A program made the translations under genes and the position numbers. Of a DNA stretch of 36,379 nucleotides, positions 9,619-18,592 are shown one piece after another (positions within the stretch are counted from its first letter, which is position 1; the number at the start of each line of letters is the position of its first letter). The DNA is from Clostridia bacterium (GTDB lineage: Bacteria; Bacillota; Clostridia; UBA1212; UBA1255). Below the pieces are notes generated by a model that saw only the letters and a list, made by a program, of their open reading frames with translations, had not been told where the DNA came from and made no database searches. The DNA is taken from contig JAGAQK010000030.1 in assembly GCA_017622825.1 (NCBI GenBank), positions 1 through 36,379 on the forward strand, in the 5' to 3' direction.

Positions 9619-11091
9619 TTATTTCAGCACGGTTTGGTTGGATTTTTCGGTTCTTTCAATTTTTGAAAGTTTGTACATATAGCCGCAGTACAGCCAAAAT
9701 ACCGTGCTGAAAATTCCTATTTTATACAGTATTCTGGATTCTACGAACTCTGTGGCAAACATCATTATACAAAGTACAAATGCTGCCAAGAACCATATAT
9801 TTATATTTTTATACGTTTTAAAGACTGTCTTAGTCGACCTTGATACTGTACCGAGCGCAAATGCACCGATAAGCAAGAATCCTATAATACCGGACGAAAC
9901 AAGCACGCATAGATATATATTGTGTGTATTTCTGAATTTAAGGCAATACGCCCACCCTTTATCCTTAAGGTTATCTACTGATTTTTCTACAACGTTTTCT
10001 CTTCCTACTCCAAACACGGGTGCTTCCAAAAATTCTTGGAAACATGCCTGCCATATATCTATCCTGTTTGCAAAAGGATTTGCTTCAAGGAAATTGGGAT
10101 CTCCGGGTCTGTTTAAATCAACTTTATTGATTTTAGCTGATACTTGTTGCTCTGTGTTATGTGTTTCTGCTTGTGCTGTTTCATTATTTTGTGGTTTTTC
10201 ATCACTTATAGAAAAAACGTATTGTGTAAGTCCGGGCAGATACGCAAGTCCTTCTTTTAGCGTAAAGCCGACTGATAAAAAGATACCTAAAGACAGTGCT
10301 GCAGATGTTATTGAAATCACCATTGTTTTTATTTTAAAGTTCTTTGCATGATTTACAATCGCAAAAAATACTGCAAATACAGTAGTGCCTGCAAGTACAT
10401 AGTAACCTGCTCTTGAACCGGTCAGTATTAATACCGAAAATTGCAAAGCTATATTAATAATCAGTGGTATCCTTATTCTTTTTTTCTTACATGTTATCAC
10501 GAATGCCAATGACAATATCACAGAAATAATCGTCAGTGTGGCACCTGTATTCGGATTGTAAACGCCCCAGAGGCGTCCCTCGAACAATCCGTAGCTTGCC
10601 TGGTATGTGCCTTCTCCCGTAAAATATATGCCTGAAATAGAAAACACGTACATTATGAACGATATCAGGCTCAATATAAAGGTGCTTGCTACTATCGTTC
10701 CTGAGACAGCTTTCATTTCTTTTATTATTTTGTCTTTTGTGGTGTCTTCGGGGAATAAAAAACATAGCACAAACAGTAAAAACATAAATGCTACTGTTTT
10801 GAGCCCGCCTATTATGTGTGTTTTATTTATCAGAATCGTAATTATATACGATAACAAGAAGCCGCCTAACAAGAATGATGTTTTGGTGGTACGCAATGTC
10901 TTTAATAATGTGCCTTTAATAAGCTCGTACCCCACTATAATAAAGCCGTATACCATCATTATGTTGATAATAAAACCAATTTTTTCTCTTATGTACGGAA
11001 TAGCAATCAGCACCGTGGACAGTACCAGCAATATCTTGTAAGCAGTCCTGCTCAGCACGTATGCTTCAGCTATTTTTATAATTTTCTTCAT
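9619..11091 (-). CDS. O-antigen ligase/polymerase-like (Wzy_C family) membrane protein
   Basis: About 12 hydrophobic segments; NPN, LTGSRAG, R-x-x-IW, PVFGVG and HNIYL motifs typical of the family. Confidence 0.8.
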   Translation of the reverse strand: MKKIIKIAEAYVLSRTAYKILLVLSTVLIAIPYIREKIGFIINIMMVYGFIIVGYELIKGTLLKTLRTTKTSFLLGGFLLSYIITILINKTHIIGGLKTVAFMFLLFVLCFLFPEDTTKDKIIKEMKAVSGTIVASTFILSLISFIMYVFSISGIYFTGEGTYQASYGLFEGRLWGVYNPNTGATLTIISVILSLAFVITCKKKRIRIPLIINIALQFSVLILTGSRAGYYVLAGTTVFAVFFAIVNHAKNFKIKTMVISITSAALSLGIFLSVGFTLKEGLAYLPGLTQYVFSISDEKPQNNETAQAETHNTEQQVSAKINKVDLNRPGDPNFLEANPFANRIDIWQACFQEFLEAPVFGVGRENVVEKSVDNLKDKGWAYCLKFRNTHNIYLCVLVSSGIIGFLLIGAFALGTVSRSTKTVFKTYKNINIWFLAAFVLCIMMFATEFVESRILYKIGIFSTVFWLYCGYMYKLSKIERTEKSNQTVLK

Positions 11092-11128
11092 TTGTTACTT
11101 CCTTAGTCAGTATTACTACAACAGTGAC

Positions 11129-11157
11129 AGTATAACAATAATATCTCATAAAGTCAA
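11129..11157 (-). promoter_or_regulatory. Sigma-A-like promoter of the O-antigen-ligase-like gene
   Basis: Minus strand TTGACT, 17 nt, TATACT. Confidence 0.55.
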
Positions 11158-11183
11158 AGTTTTGGTGAAATAATCGTTTAGTG

Positions 11184-11213
11184 TTGACATATTATGTATT
11201 AGAATGGTAGAAT
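11184..11213 (+). promoter_or_regulatory. Sigma-A promoter for the FMN riboswitch/ribU transcript
   Basis: TTGACA, 18 nt, extended -10 TGgTAGAAT, ending about 8 nt before the aptamer. Confidence 0.65.
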
Positions 11214-11220
11214 ACAAACC

Positions 11221-11377
11221 ATACTTCGGGGTAGGGTGAAATTCCCGACCGGCAGTAAAGCCTGCGAGTCCGACCAAATTTTTATGGCAATGATCGGATT
11301 GATGCGGTGAGATTCCGCAGCCGACGGTAAGACGATGGCCGCATATGCGGCAAGGTTCAAGTCCGGATGAGAGGAGT
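11221..11377 (+). ncRNA. FMN riboswitch (RFN element)
   Basis: Conserved blocks CTTCGGGGTAGGGTGAAATTCCCGACCGGCAGTAAAGCCTGCGAG, GATGCGGTGAGATTCCGCAGCCGACGGT and AAGTCCGGATGAGAGGAG, upstream of an ECF S component. Confidence 0.95.
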
Positions 11378-11383
11378 TTTTTT

Positions 11384-12001
11384 ATGTCTCATAATTCTTT
11401 AAGGTCATCAAGGATGACTTTCTACGTTACTCGAATTGCGATGCTTGTTGCTGTCGCGACACCGCTTATGATGTTTGATTTTCCAATGCCGATTTTTCCG
11501 GGATTTTATAAGTTTGATTTAAGCTATTTTCCTGTTGTAATTTCAACGTTTTCGATGGGCCCGGTAGCAGGATTTATAACTGCGGTCCTTAAAAATCTTA
11601 TTTCTTTCTTAATTGCGGGCACGTTTACCGACAGCGCCGGTATAGGTGCGCTTGCTGACACACTCATAGGTTTATCATTTATTTTGCCGGCAGGACTCAT
11701 ATACAGAAAAATGCATACAAAAAAAGGTGCTATTGCATCTCTTAGCATAGCACTCGCTGTTGTATCTGTTTTCTCTTGCGCATTTAACTATTGGTTCCTG
11801 ATACCAACGTATTCCAAATTTTTTGGTCTTGATGCAGTTCTTGGTATGGCTCAGTCAGCATGCAAATACGTGACTGATGTTAAAGGCATAATAGTTTTGG
11901 GCACACTGCCTTTCAACCTATTAAAATGTCTCGTAATATCAATACTTACAATATTGACATACAAGCCACTTTCCAAGACTATATTAAAGAAACCAAAATA
12001 A
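11384..12001 (+). CDS. ribU: ECF transporter S component, riboflavin transporter
   Basis: FPGFYKFDLSYFP, MGPVAG, GIGALAD and LPFNLLK motifs, under FMN riboswitch control. Start moved from 11345 (inside the aptamer) to ATG 11384 after SD GAGGAG. Confidence 0.88.
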   Translation: MSHNSLRSSRMTFYVTRIAMLVAVATPLMMFDFPMPIFPGFYKFDLSYFPVVISTFSMGPVAGFITAVLKNLISFLIAGTFTDSAGIGALADTLIGLSFILPAGLIYRKMHTKKGAIASLSIALAVVSVFSCAFNYWFLIPTYSKFFGLDAVLGMAQSACKYVTDVKGIIVLGTLPFNLLKCLVISILTILTYKPLSKTILKKPK

Positions 12002-12023
12002 ACCTAAAATTTTATGGAGATGA

Positions 12024-12611
12024 TCATAGGTATTCGATGGACTCTACTACGTTGTCTGTTAAATAAAACGTAATCCACCTGTCTTCTTCTACTTTATAAG
12101 AAACGAAAGCAACCGTTTCTTCTTCAGGTGTGCCGTAAACGTTCTTAACTTCGTCATAAGTATTGCCGACACGTATGCCATCTGCTGTTGCAACGCTATC
12201 AGTATTTATTACAATTGAGTAAAGAACCTCTTTATCCTCGCTTTTAAACGTTTGTAAATCTAAATCCTGATAAGAATAAATGATATCTTGGCCATCTCCT
12301 ATACAGCTATCTGCATTTTGAATATCTGTAGGCTCACCTATTTTTGAAATCACGTCTTCATTAATAACCATTCCGATTTTCAAAACAAAGTTTTTGTAAG
12401 AAACGGCATCTTTGGTGAGCTTTTCCGTTTCTCCCTCGTCTTTTGTCGGTGTGCTTTCACTGTCCTCGCTACCCGTGTTATCGGCAGGACTTCCGCCTGT
12501 AGCTTTTGAAGTAGCATTATTTTCTGAAGAATTGTCCGAACCAGCCGAACAAGCGACAAGCGACAAGACCATAGCAATACATAGAATATACATACTGATT
12601 TTTTTGAACAT
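12024..12611 (-). CDS. Lipoprotein of unknown function
   Basis: Lipobox SLVAC, a Ser/Thr/Glu-rich linker, then two related beta-rich repeats (KIG...IGEP; RVG...VYGTP). Confidence 0.75.
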   Translation of the reverse strand: MFKKISMYILCIAMVLSLVACSAGSDNSSENNATSKATGGSPADNTGSEDSESTPTKDEGETEKLTKDAVSYKNFVLKIGMVINEDVISKIGEPTDIQNADSCIGDGQDIIYSYQDLDLQTFKSEDKEVLYSIVINTDSVATADGIRVGNTYDEVKNVYGTPEEETVAFVSYKVEEDRWITFYLTDNVVESIEYL

Positions 12612-12623
12612 AAATAATCTCCT

Positions 12624-13976
12624 CTACTTTAATTTGCAAATATTTATTTCAAGACCCTCCGTACTCTCGTACGGAATGTACGCTGAAAAACCATTTATCG
12701 GAAAAGCCTCATAAACTGTTTCTGTATTTCCATCTTTTACAGTAACAAATATCGGCTTATTTTTAGGGGCAGAATCATCTTTCTCGCCACCAATTAATTT
12801 ACCGCTTATTTCAATCATGCCACCTGATTTTTTTGTTGCAACTTCGGCATCAAGAACTTCCAACTGATCTTTTGTAATCTCGTCGCGAACCGGAGCAGGC
12901 ATTACAGGCGCAGATTCAATTAATTTTTTAATATTTCGTTCAACAAGCTCAATTACTACATATTCGCTTTCATTCTTCTCTACAAGATTTAACCTGTACG
13001 GAAAAACTCGTGAAAACTCTGCTTTACCGAAACTTTCGGCAATCATAGGAAGAAGTGCGTTGCAAAAAGAATCTCTGTAAATAACAGCACTTCCCTCTTT
13101 GTTTGCACATATCGTTTTAATCGTGACATCTTCTTCTGTCTTAAAGCGCGTCGCATACTCGTAAGTATTCTTATAATCAAAGTGTACTTGTGCATCAAGA
13201 TTTTTTGACGTAGGATAAAGCATTTTCTCCAAGTCACCTTCGTGAGTGTTGCTCACGTTATAACTAAGAGCCGTATAGTCCGTGTGATTCACGTTAAGCT
13301 TGTCCATCATTGCATTAAAACCAATGGCAGCACCCATATTATTCCAATGAGAATCTAACGAGTGATATATCTGAGTCGTCTTTTTCCCTTCTTCAAGAAT
13401 AGGAACTATATTCAAATAATATGCTCTGTCAGCTAAGGCATTGCTTAAAAGCTCCAAATTCGACGAACCACTGCCTTTTCTGTAATAATAAGGCATTTTT
13501 TCAGGATAAATGGTATTTTTATTAGGCGCTATGAAAAACACCAATTTGCCGCCTTTGCTTTCAACGTATTCATTAATTAAATCAAGTGTCTTGCCAATAC
13601 TGTAAATATCATCTTTGCTTAAAACACCATTTCTTGTGTAATCATCAAGCGTTTCAGAGTAAAACAGCCAGTCATCTTTACCGATTATAACGTCATCTTC
13701 AGAAGAAGTTTTGAAAACTGATGCTTTCACCGTGGAAAATGCATTTACCAGGAATGATCTGAATCCAAAATTGTCTGACATATAATCATCAAATTCGGCA
13801 AAGAAATCACTATTGATGCTCCCGTCCTCTTTTTTAAAAGCCGGCATTGCAGCAAGCTCACGCTTTTCTGCGTTGTCCGCACCAACTTTTCCGTCGCCAA
13901 ACATCATTGACAACGTAGGAAGTGTAATCATAAGCATAAAAACAATGCAAAACAATATTTTTAATAACTTTTTCAT
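12624..13976 (-). CDS. AlgJ/AlgX/PatB-like SGNH-type O-acetyltransferase subunit
   Basis: N-terminal TM, EKRELA, DNFGFR, IIGKDDWLFY, APNKNTIYPE, catalytic-type DSHWN and (R)DSF blocks; follows an MBOAT gene. Confidence 0.82.
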   Translation of the reverse strand: MKKLLKILFCIVFMLMITLPTLSMMFGDGKVGADNAEKRELAAMPAFKKEDGSINSDFFAEFDDYMSDNFGFRSFLVNAFSTVKASVFKTSSEDDVIIGKDDWLFYSETLDDYTRNGVLSKDDIYSIGKTLDLINEYVESKGGKLVFFIAPNKNTIYPEKMPYYYRKGSGSSNLELLSNALADRAYYLNIVPILEEGKKTTQIYHSLDSHWNNMGAAIGFNAMMDKLNVNHTDYTALSYNVSNTHEGDLEKMLYPTSKNLDAQVHFDYKNTYEYATRFKTEEDVTIKTICANKEGSAVIYRDSFCNALLPMIAESFGKAEFSRVFPYRLNLVEKNESEYVVIELVERNIKKLIESAPVMPAPVRDEITKDQLEVLDAEVATKKSGGMIEISGKLIGGEKDDSAPKNKPIFVTVKDGNTETVYEAFPINGFSAYIPYESTEGLEINICKLK

Positions 13977-13988
13977 GCGTATTACCTC

Positions 13989-15392
13989 CTAAAATCTAAA
14001 ATAAATAAACGGGCTGTATGTGTTGGCAGCAAGTACCATTATGCAAACAAACAGCATAAGAAGTACGAGTACGTACGTTGCTCCTTCTAATACGGAAACT
14101 TTTCGCAACGACAACGTCTGCATTTTACCTTTAATGTACGGAAGTACAGGCAGACAACAAACAATTGCAAATATTGCCGTGCATATGAGATACGGTGTAC
14201 AGAATGACAACGCGTCCGAAAAGCCGCCTGTGTATGCCGAAGGTGTAAACATCCTTCCTATGTACGAAAACGCCACAGAAAGCGAATCAGCCCTGAAAAT
14301 AACAAATCCTATTATTACAGCAAATGTTGTGTAAATATGGCATAAAACTTTGTTCTTAATTTTGATGATTTCTGCCCTTTCGAGTACAATCAATATGCCA
14401 TTGTATATGCCCCATACCAAAAAAGTGAAATTCGCCCCGTGCCAAAGACCCGTTGCAAGAAATACTATAAACAAATTGACGTACGTGCGCACATTGCCTT
14501 TTCTGTTGCCGCCAAGTGATATGTAAAGATATTCTCTGAACCACGTGGACAACGATATATGCCATCTGCGCCAGAAATCTCTTATTCCCAATGATACATA
14601 AGGGTAATTAAAGTTTTCTTTAAACGTAAAGCCAAACATTTGGCCTAATCCTATTGCCATATCGCTGTAACCGCTGAAATCGAAATAAATCTGGAAAATA
14701 TATAAAATCGCTCCCAGCCAAGCACATGCTCCCGACATACTGCCTGTCTCCAACGCAAAAATCGAATCAACCACAAGCGCCGTCACATCAGCTATAAGAA
14801 GTTTCTTGGAAAGACCGATTATAAATCTGCGTATACCTTCTGCAGCGCCCTCTGCAGTAACCTTTCTGCTTTCAATTTGTAAATTGATATCGTGATATTT
14901 TACGATAGGACCTGCAATGAGCTGCGGGAAAAATGATATATAAAGAAGCGTAGAAAAATAGCTTTTATTGACTATACTTCTGTCTCTGTAAACGTCTATT
15001 ACATATGACAGTATTTGGAAAGTGAAAAAAGATATTCCGAGCGGCAACCTCACGGTAACGGCAGGAATTTCAATTCCCGGTATGTAATTGATTATTTCAA
15101 CAAAGAAGCCTGCATATTTGTATACGAAAAGCATTCCGATATTTAAAATAACAGAAATTGCCGTTATAGCTTTCGCATATTTATCGTACTTTGCAATGAG
15201 TATACCGGCAAGCCAGCCCAGAAATACCGAAATTATCATTAAAAGTACGTAAATTCCCTCTCCCCACGCATAGAATAGCAAGCTTGCCACCACAAGAAGA
15301 ATATTCTTTGTTTTTGTTCCGGGCAATACTAAATGTAGCAGAAAAAACACCGGAAGGAAAAGAAATAAAAATGTTGCAGAACTAAAAATCAT
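13989..15392 (-). CDS. MBOAT family O-acyltransferase (AlgI/PatA-like)
   Basis: LPLGISFFTFQ, FFPQLIAGPI, DFSGYSDMAIG, FWRRWHISLSTWFREYLYISLGGNR, GLWHGA, and C-terminal FIYFRF. Confidence 0.93.
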   Translation of the reverse strand: MIFSSATFLFLFLPVFFLLHLVLPGTKTKNILLVVASLLFYAWGEGIYVLLMIISVFLGWLAGILIAKYDKYAKAITAISVILNIGMLFVYKYAGFFVEIINYIPGIEIPAVTVRLPLGISFFTFQILSYVIDVYRDRSIVNKSYFSTLLYISFFPQLIAGPIVKYHDINLQIESRKVTAEGAAEGIRRFIIGLSKKLLIADVTALVVDSIFALETGSMSGACAWLGAILYIFQIYFDFSGYSDMAIGLGQMFGFTFKENFNYPYVSLGIRDFWRRWHISLSTWFREYLYISLGGNRKGNVRTYVNLFIVFLATGLWHGANFTFLVWGIYNGILIVLERAEIIKIKNKVLCHIYTTFAVIIGFVIFRADSLSVAFSYIGRMFTPSAYTGGFSDALSFCTPYLICTAIFAIVCCLPVLPYIKGKMQTLSLRKVSVLEGATYVLVLLMLFVCIMVLAANTYSPFIYFRF

Positions 15393-15402
15393 AGTTTCTC
15401 CT

Positions 15403-17046
15403 TTACTTCGGCAAAGATGCCTCGTCCCATGTACAACCGTATGCTTTAATATAATCAGCTGTCATCTTATAACCGTCTGTGTATATTGGATCTATATAAA
15501 ACCAACCGTCATCAAACTTCACATATATCCATCTATGAGGATTTCCTGTTCGCCCTGTACCTGAAATGTATCGCACTTCATAACCGGCTTTTGTATACAA
15601 CATATATCCCAATGAAGCAAAATGCCAGCATGCTCCTTTACGGTTATTTATTGCATAGCACGCCATTTCTTCTATACTGTTGCCTTCTGCCGTATATTTG
15701 TATCTCACTCCATACTGTACGGCAAAAAAAATATCTTTAGGGCCGGAACCATTCTCTCTTAACATATCTTCTATGAAATAATCAAGATTATCCGGCGTAC
15801 ATACCGCCTTTTTGGCAACGCCGTCTGCCCCAAGATGGTACATGCCTATATCAGTATTTGTCAGCATTTTTCCATCGCTTCCAAAATAATACTTAGCACC
15901 GTTTACTGTTTTCCAGCCTGTCTGGATTTTACCGCTTTGAAAATAATACGTACTGTCTCCAACTTTTGTCTTGCCGTTTGCCAAACAACCCTTGGAAGTA
16001 AAATAATACTGTGTTCCGCTAATATTGTGCCAACCTGTTATGGCCTTTCCATCTTTACCAAAGAAATAGGTTTCATTATCTTTATCTTTCCAACCTTTTT
16101 GGTACTTGCCGTCTTCAAAAAAATACACGTTTCCATCAATTGTCACTATTCCTTCTGACAGCACACCCGTTTCAGAAAAATGATATTCTTTTTCTTGCAC
16201 TGTCTGCCAGCCCTTTAATAACTCGTATTCTTCTGAAATATAGTACTTTTTATCATCTGCTTCTATCCAGCCGCGCATTGCCTTGCCGTCTTCACCGAAA
16301 TAGTATTTTTTATCATCTGCTTCTCGCCAGCCTTTTACAAAAAGACCATCTTCAAAGAAATACAATTCTTTCTCTATTTCAGCCAAACCCTGGGCAGGAT
16401 TACCATTTTCGTCGATATAGTACTGCTTGTCTTCCAATTCCTGCCATCCTTTGAGGAGATAACAATCTTCGCCAAATGCATACGTCTTGTCATTTACTTC
16501 TTTAAGTCCTTGTGAAAGCACGCCGGAAGCATCAGCATACATTTTACCTTTTTCATCTTCTATCCATCCAAAGTCCAGGCAATAATCTTCGCCGTAATGA
16601 TACTTTTTATTTTCTATTTCTATAATGCCTTTTTGAAGTTTTCCTTCTTTGTCAGAGTAATACTTTTTTCCTTCAAAGTCTATATTTCCGGTCACAAGTT
16701 TGCCATCTTGTCCCATGCAGTACTTGTTGCCGTTGTCCTCTATAATTCCTGTCTGTATTACGCCTTCCTCATTGGAAAAATACTTCCCATTTTCACTGTC
16801 AATCCATCCTGTGCACAAATTGCCGTTTTTATCAAAATAGTATTTTTTTCCCTTAATGGTATGTATTTCAGTTGCCTTTTGACCATTATCAAGATTAAAA
16901 TAGGCAATTTCATCTTTTTCGTGCCAACCCGGAGCATTTTTCTTCTGAAAATACATATACGTTGCTATACTGCCTGCTGCTATAACTACTGCTGCCGATA
17001 CGCACGATATAATTACAACTTTTGTCTTAGTCTTCAATTTTCCCAT
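15403..17046 (-). CDS. Membrane-anchored protein with cell-wall/choline-binding-type repeats and a C-terminal transglutaminase-like domain
   Basis: TM anchor; many ~20-aa repeats (GWxxxxxKxYYFxxxG); C-terminal GACWHFA...PHRWIYV...WFYIDP giving a Cys-His-Asp triad. Start set at MGKLK (17046); the ORF-track start 17106 overlaps the upstream gene. Confidence 0.8.
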   Translation of the reverse strand: MGKLKTKTKVVIISCVSAAVVIAAGSIATYMYFQKKNAPGWHEKDEIAYFNLDNGQKATEIHTIKGKKYYFDKNGNLCTGWIDSENGKYFSNEEGVIQTGIIEDNGNKYCMGQDGKLVTGNIDFEGKKYYSDKEGKLQKGIIEIENKKYHYGEDYCLDFGWIEDEKGKMYADASGVLSQGLKEVNDKTYAFGEDCYLLKGWQELEDKQYYIDENGNPAQGLAEIEKELYFFEDGLFVKGWREADDKKYYFGEDGKAMRGWIEADDKKYYISEEYELLKGWQTVQEKEYHFSETGVLSEGIVTIDGNVYFFEDGKYQKGWKDKDNETYFFGKDGKAITGWHNISGTQYYFTSKGCLANGKTKVGDSTYYFQSGKIQTGWKTVNGAKYYFGSDGKMLTNTDIGMYHLGADGVAKKAVCTPDNLDYFIEDMLRENGSGPKDIFFAVQYGVRYKYTAEGNSIEEMACYAINNRKGACWHFASLGYMLYTKAGYEVRYISGTGRTGNPHRWIYVKFDDGWFYIDPIYTDGYKMTADYIKAYGCTWDEASLPK

Positions 17047-17086
17047 TTTTTCCCTTTTCTCTCTATATTTTTTTTGTTCCTCTCTT

Positions 17087-18394
17087 TTATACCACAGTTG
17101 ATTCAACCGGCTTCATAATATTTATGCCAAAGTTATAATCAAGTCTGTAATTACCGCCAATTTCTTCTCTCGCATCCAAATCATTAAAATGCCACCACTC
17201 TGAAGCAAGTGGGCTCATACCTACACCTGTACAATAGTCACGAAGCTTTATTGCAGACTCTGTCATACTTTCATGTACAGCAACGCTTTTCCATGCAGTT
17301 TTAGACTTACTAGACACAGGATATTTTAACGATACTGCCTTTGCGCTTAATTCATGCATTTGAGTTTGCATTATATGTTCTGTATAACTTGTCACTTCTA
17401 CGTATTTTGCAATTCCACAAGGTTTGACTTCTGCCTTGTTAACTGTTGCAAGACTAACGTCTATGGCACAACCTATCTGATGGTTTGATACGCTCGTTGA
17501 TATAAACCAACTCAGCGACCAAGGTGATTTTTCAATGCCTTTGCGCACTTCACTATCCTTTTCACAAAGCTCCAACAGTTTCTTTGATACAAGTTGCTGT
17601 GTTTCATACGGACGAAAAGCTTCGTAAATAACCAAAGTATTTCCCTCTGCCAAAGCTAACCTCTGTGCTTTGCAAATTTTATGCGCCATAGTATACAAAA
17701 CAGGCGCTATATATTGTTGTTTACCATAGCGTGCGCTATATAAATAATAATCAAACAATTGTTTTCCTGTAACACCATCAATTTGCTTATTGGATGAAAC
17801 AAACAAAGACGAGCTGCTGTTTGTGATATTGTAAATAATAGACGGTATAACATCCGGCAAATTAATAAAGCAATTCTTATTCGATATATATCCTCTTTTA
17901 ACTTTATCAGCCGGTCCTCCGGTTTCTATCTGCCAAACTGTATTCTTCTCACTTTTTATTACGAATGATTGCCCTGCTTCCAACGTGTGTATAGGGGTTC
18001 CCGATAAACTTGCATCTCCATAGATATTTACTCTGCATGACGTGAATCCCATAGCTCCGTTTATCGGCACTTCAAACGTTGATTGTTCTCCGTTTGAATA
18101 TTTAAAATTATGTTCTTCTGTTTCTTTAAGCATTTCTTTTAAAGAAGCAATAGTCGATACTTTATCTTCCTCTTCTTTGTTCTGATTTTCTTTATCGCCT
18201 TGTTGCCCCTGATCTTTTCCCGGTTCATCTTTTACCGAAGGGTCCGGTGCTTTCAATATATAATGAGTATTGTCATCACCTTTTGCCGAACTACTCCCTG
18301 TACTAATAGAAAAAAACGCAACTACTCCAAAAAAAACAACAACAATTGTGGCAACAGTCGCAAGAAATATTGTTACAATTTTATTTTCATTCAT
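17087..18394 (-). CDS. Membrane-anchored M15/VanX-like D-Ala-D-Ala peptidase with a possible SH3-like domain
   Basis: YEAFRP, SNHQIGCAIDVSL (SxHxxGxAxD) and EWWHF zinc motifs; N-terminal TM. Start MNENK at 18394 follows AAGAAGGTG (alternative start 18421). Confidence 0.82.
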   Translation of the reverse strand: MNENKIVTIFLATVATIVVVFFGVVAFFSISTGSSSAKGDDNTHYILKAPDPSVKDEPGKDQGQQGDKENQNKEEEDKVSTIASLKEMLKETEEHNFKYSNGEQSTFEVPINGAMGFTSCRVNIYGDASLSGTPIHTLEAGQSFVIKSEKNTVWQIETGGPADKVKRGYISNKNCFINLPDVIPSIIYNITNSSSSLFVSSNKQIDGVTGKQLFDYYLYSARYGKQQYIAPVLYTMAHKICKAQRLALAEGNTLVIYEAFRPYETQQLVSKKLLELCEKDSEVRKGIEKSPWSLSWFISTSVSNHQIGCAIDVSLATVNKAEVKPCGIAKYVEVTSYTEHIMQTQMHELSAKAVSLKYPVSSKSKTAWKSVAVHESMTESAIKLRDYCTGVGMSPLASEWWHFNDLDAREEIGGNYRLDYNFGINIMKPVESTVV

Positions 18395-18479
18395 TTTTTT
18401 CACCTTCTTTTTTATGCTCATTTCACATAATCATCATAGCTTATTGTCGCCATAAAAACTGTGTGCAATCTTACGTAAC

Positions 18480-18508
18480 ATTATACTCTCCTCGGCAAAT
18501 TCTGTCAA
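18480..18508 (-). promoter_or_regulatory. Sigma-A promoter of the five-gene envelope operon
   Basis: Minus strand TTGACA, 17 nt, TATAAT: perfect consensus. Confidence 0.8.
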
Positions 18509-18534
18509 TTAAACCCAAACATATATACAAAAGC

Positions 18535-18568
18535 AAAAAGGCTGCCCTCTTTTAAAGAGCAGCAGCCT
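18535..18568 (-). terminator. Rho-independent terminator after rhaA
   Basis: Minus strand AGGCTGC-TGCTCTTTAAAAGAGG-GCAGCCT hairpin followed by a T-run. Confidence 0.8.
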
Positions 18569-18592
18569 GATTTTTTAATATTTTTATCAAAA

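Noticed and set aside
9704-11041. Long plus-strand ORFs (215 and 144 aa)
   Set aside because: They are antisense to the Wzy_C-like gene and have no motifs. The same applies to the other short nested ORFs in the track.
13989-15392. dlt operon (DltB)
   Set aside because: No DltA or DltC is nearby, and the partner is AlgJ-like rather than DltD.
17087-18394. Vancomycin resistance cluster
   Set aside because: Only a VanX-like domain is present; there is no ligase, dehydrogenase or vanRS.
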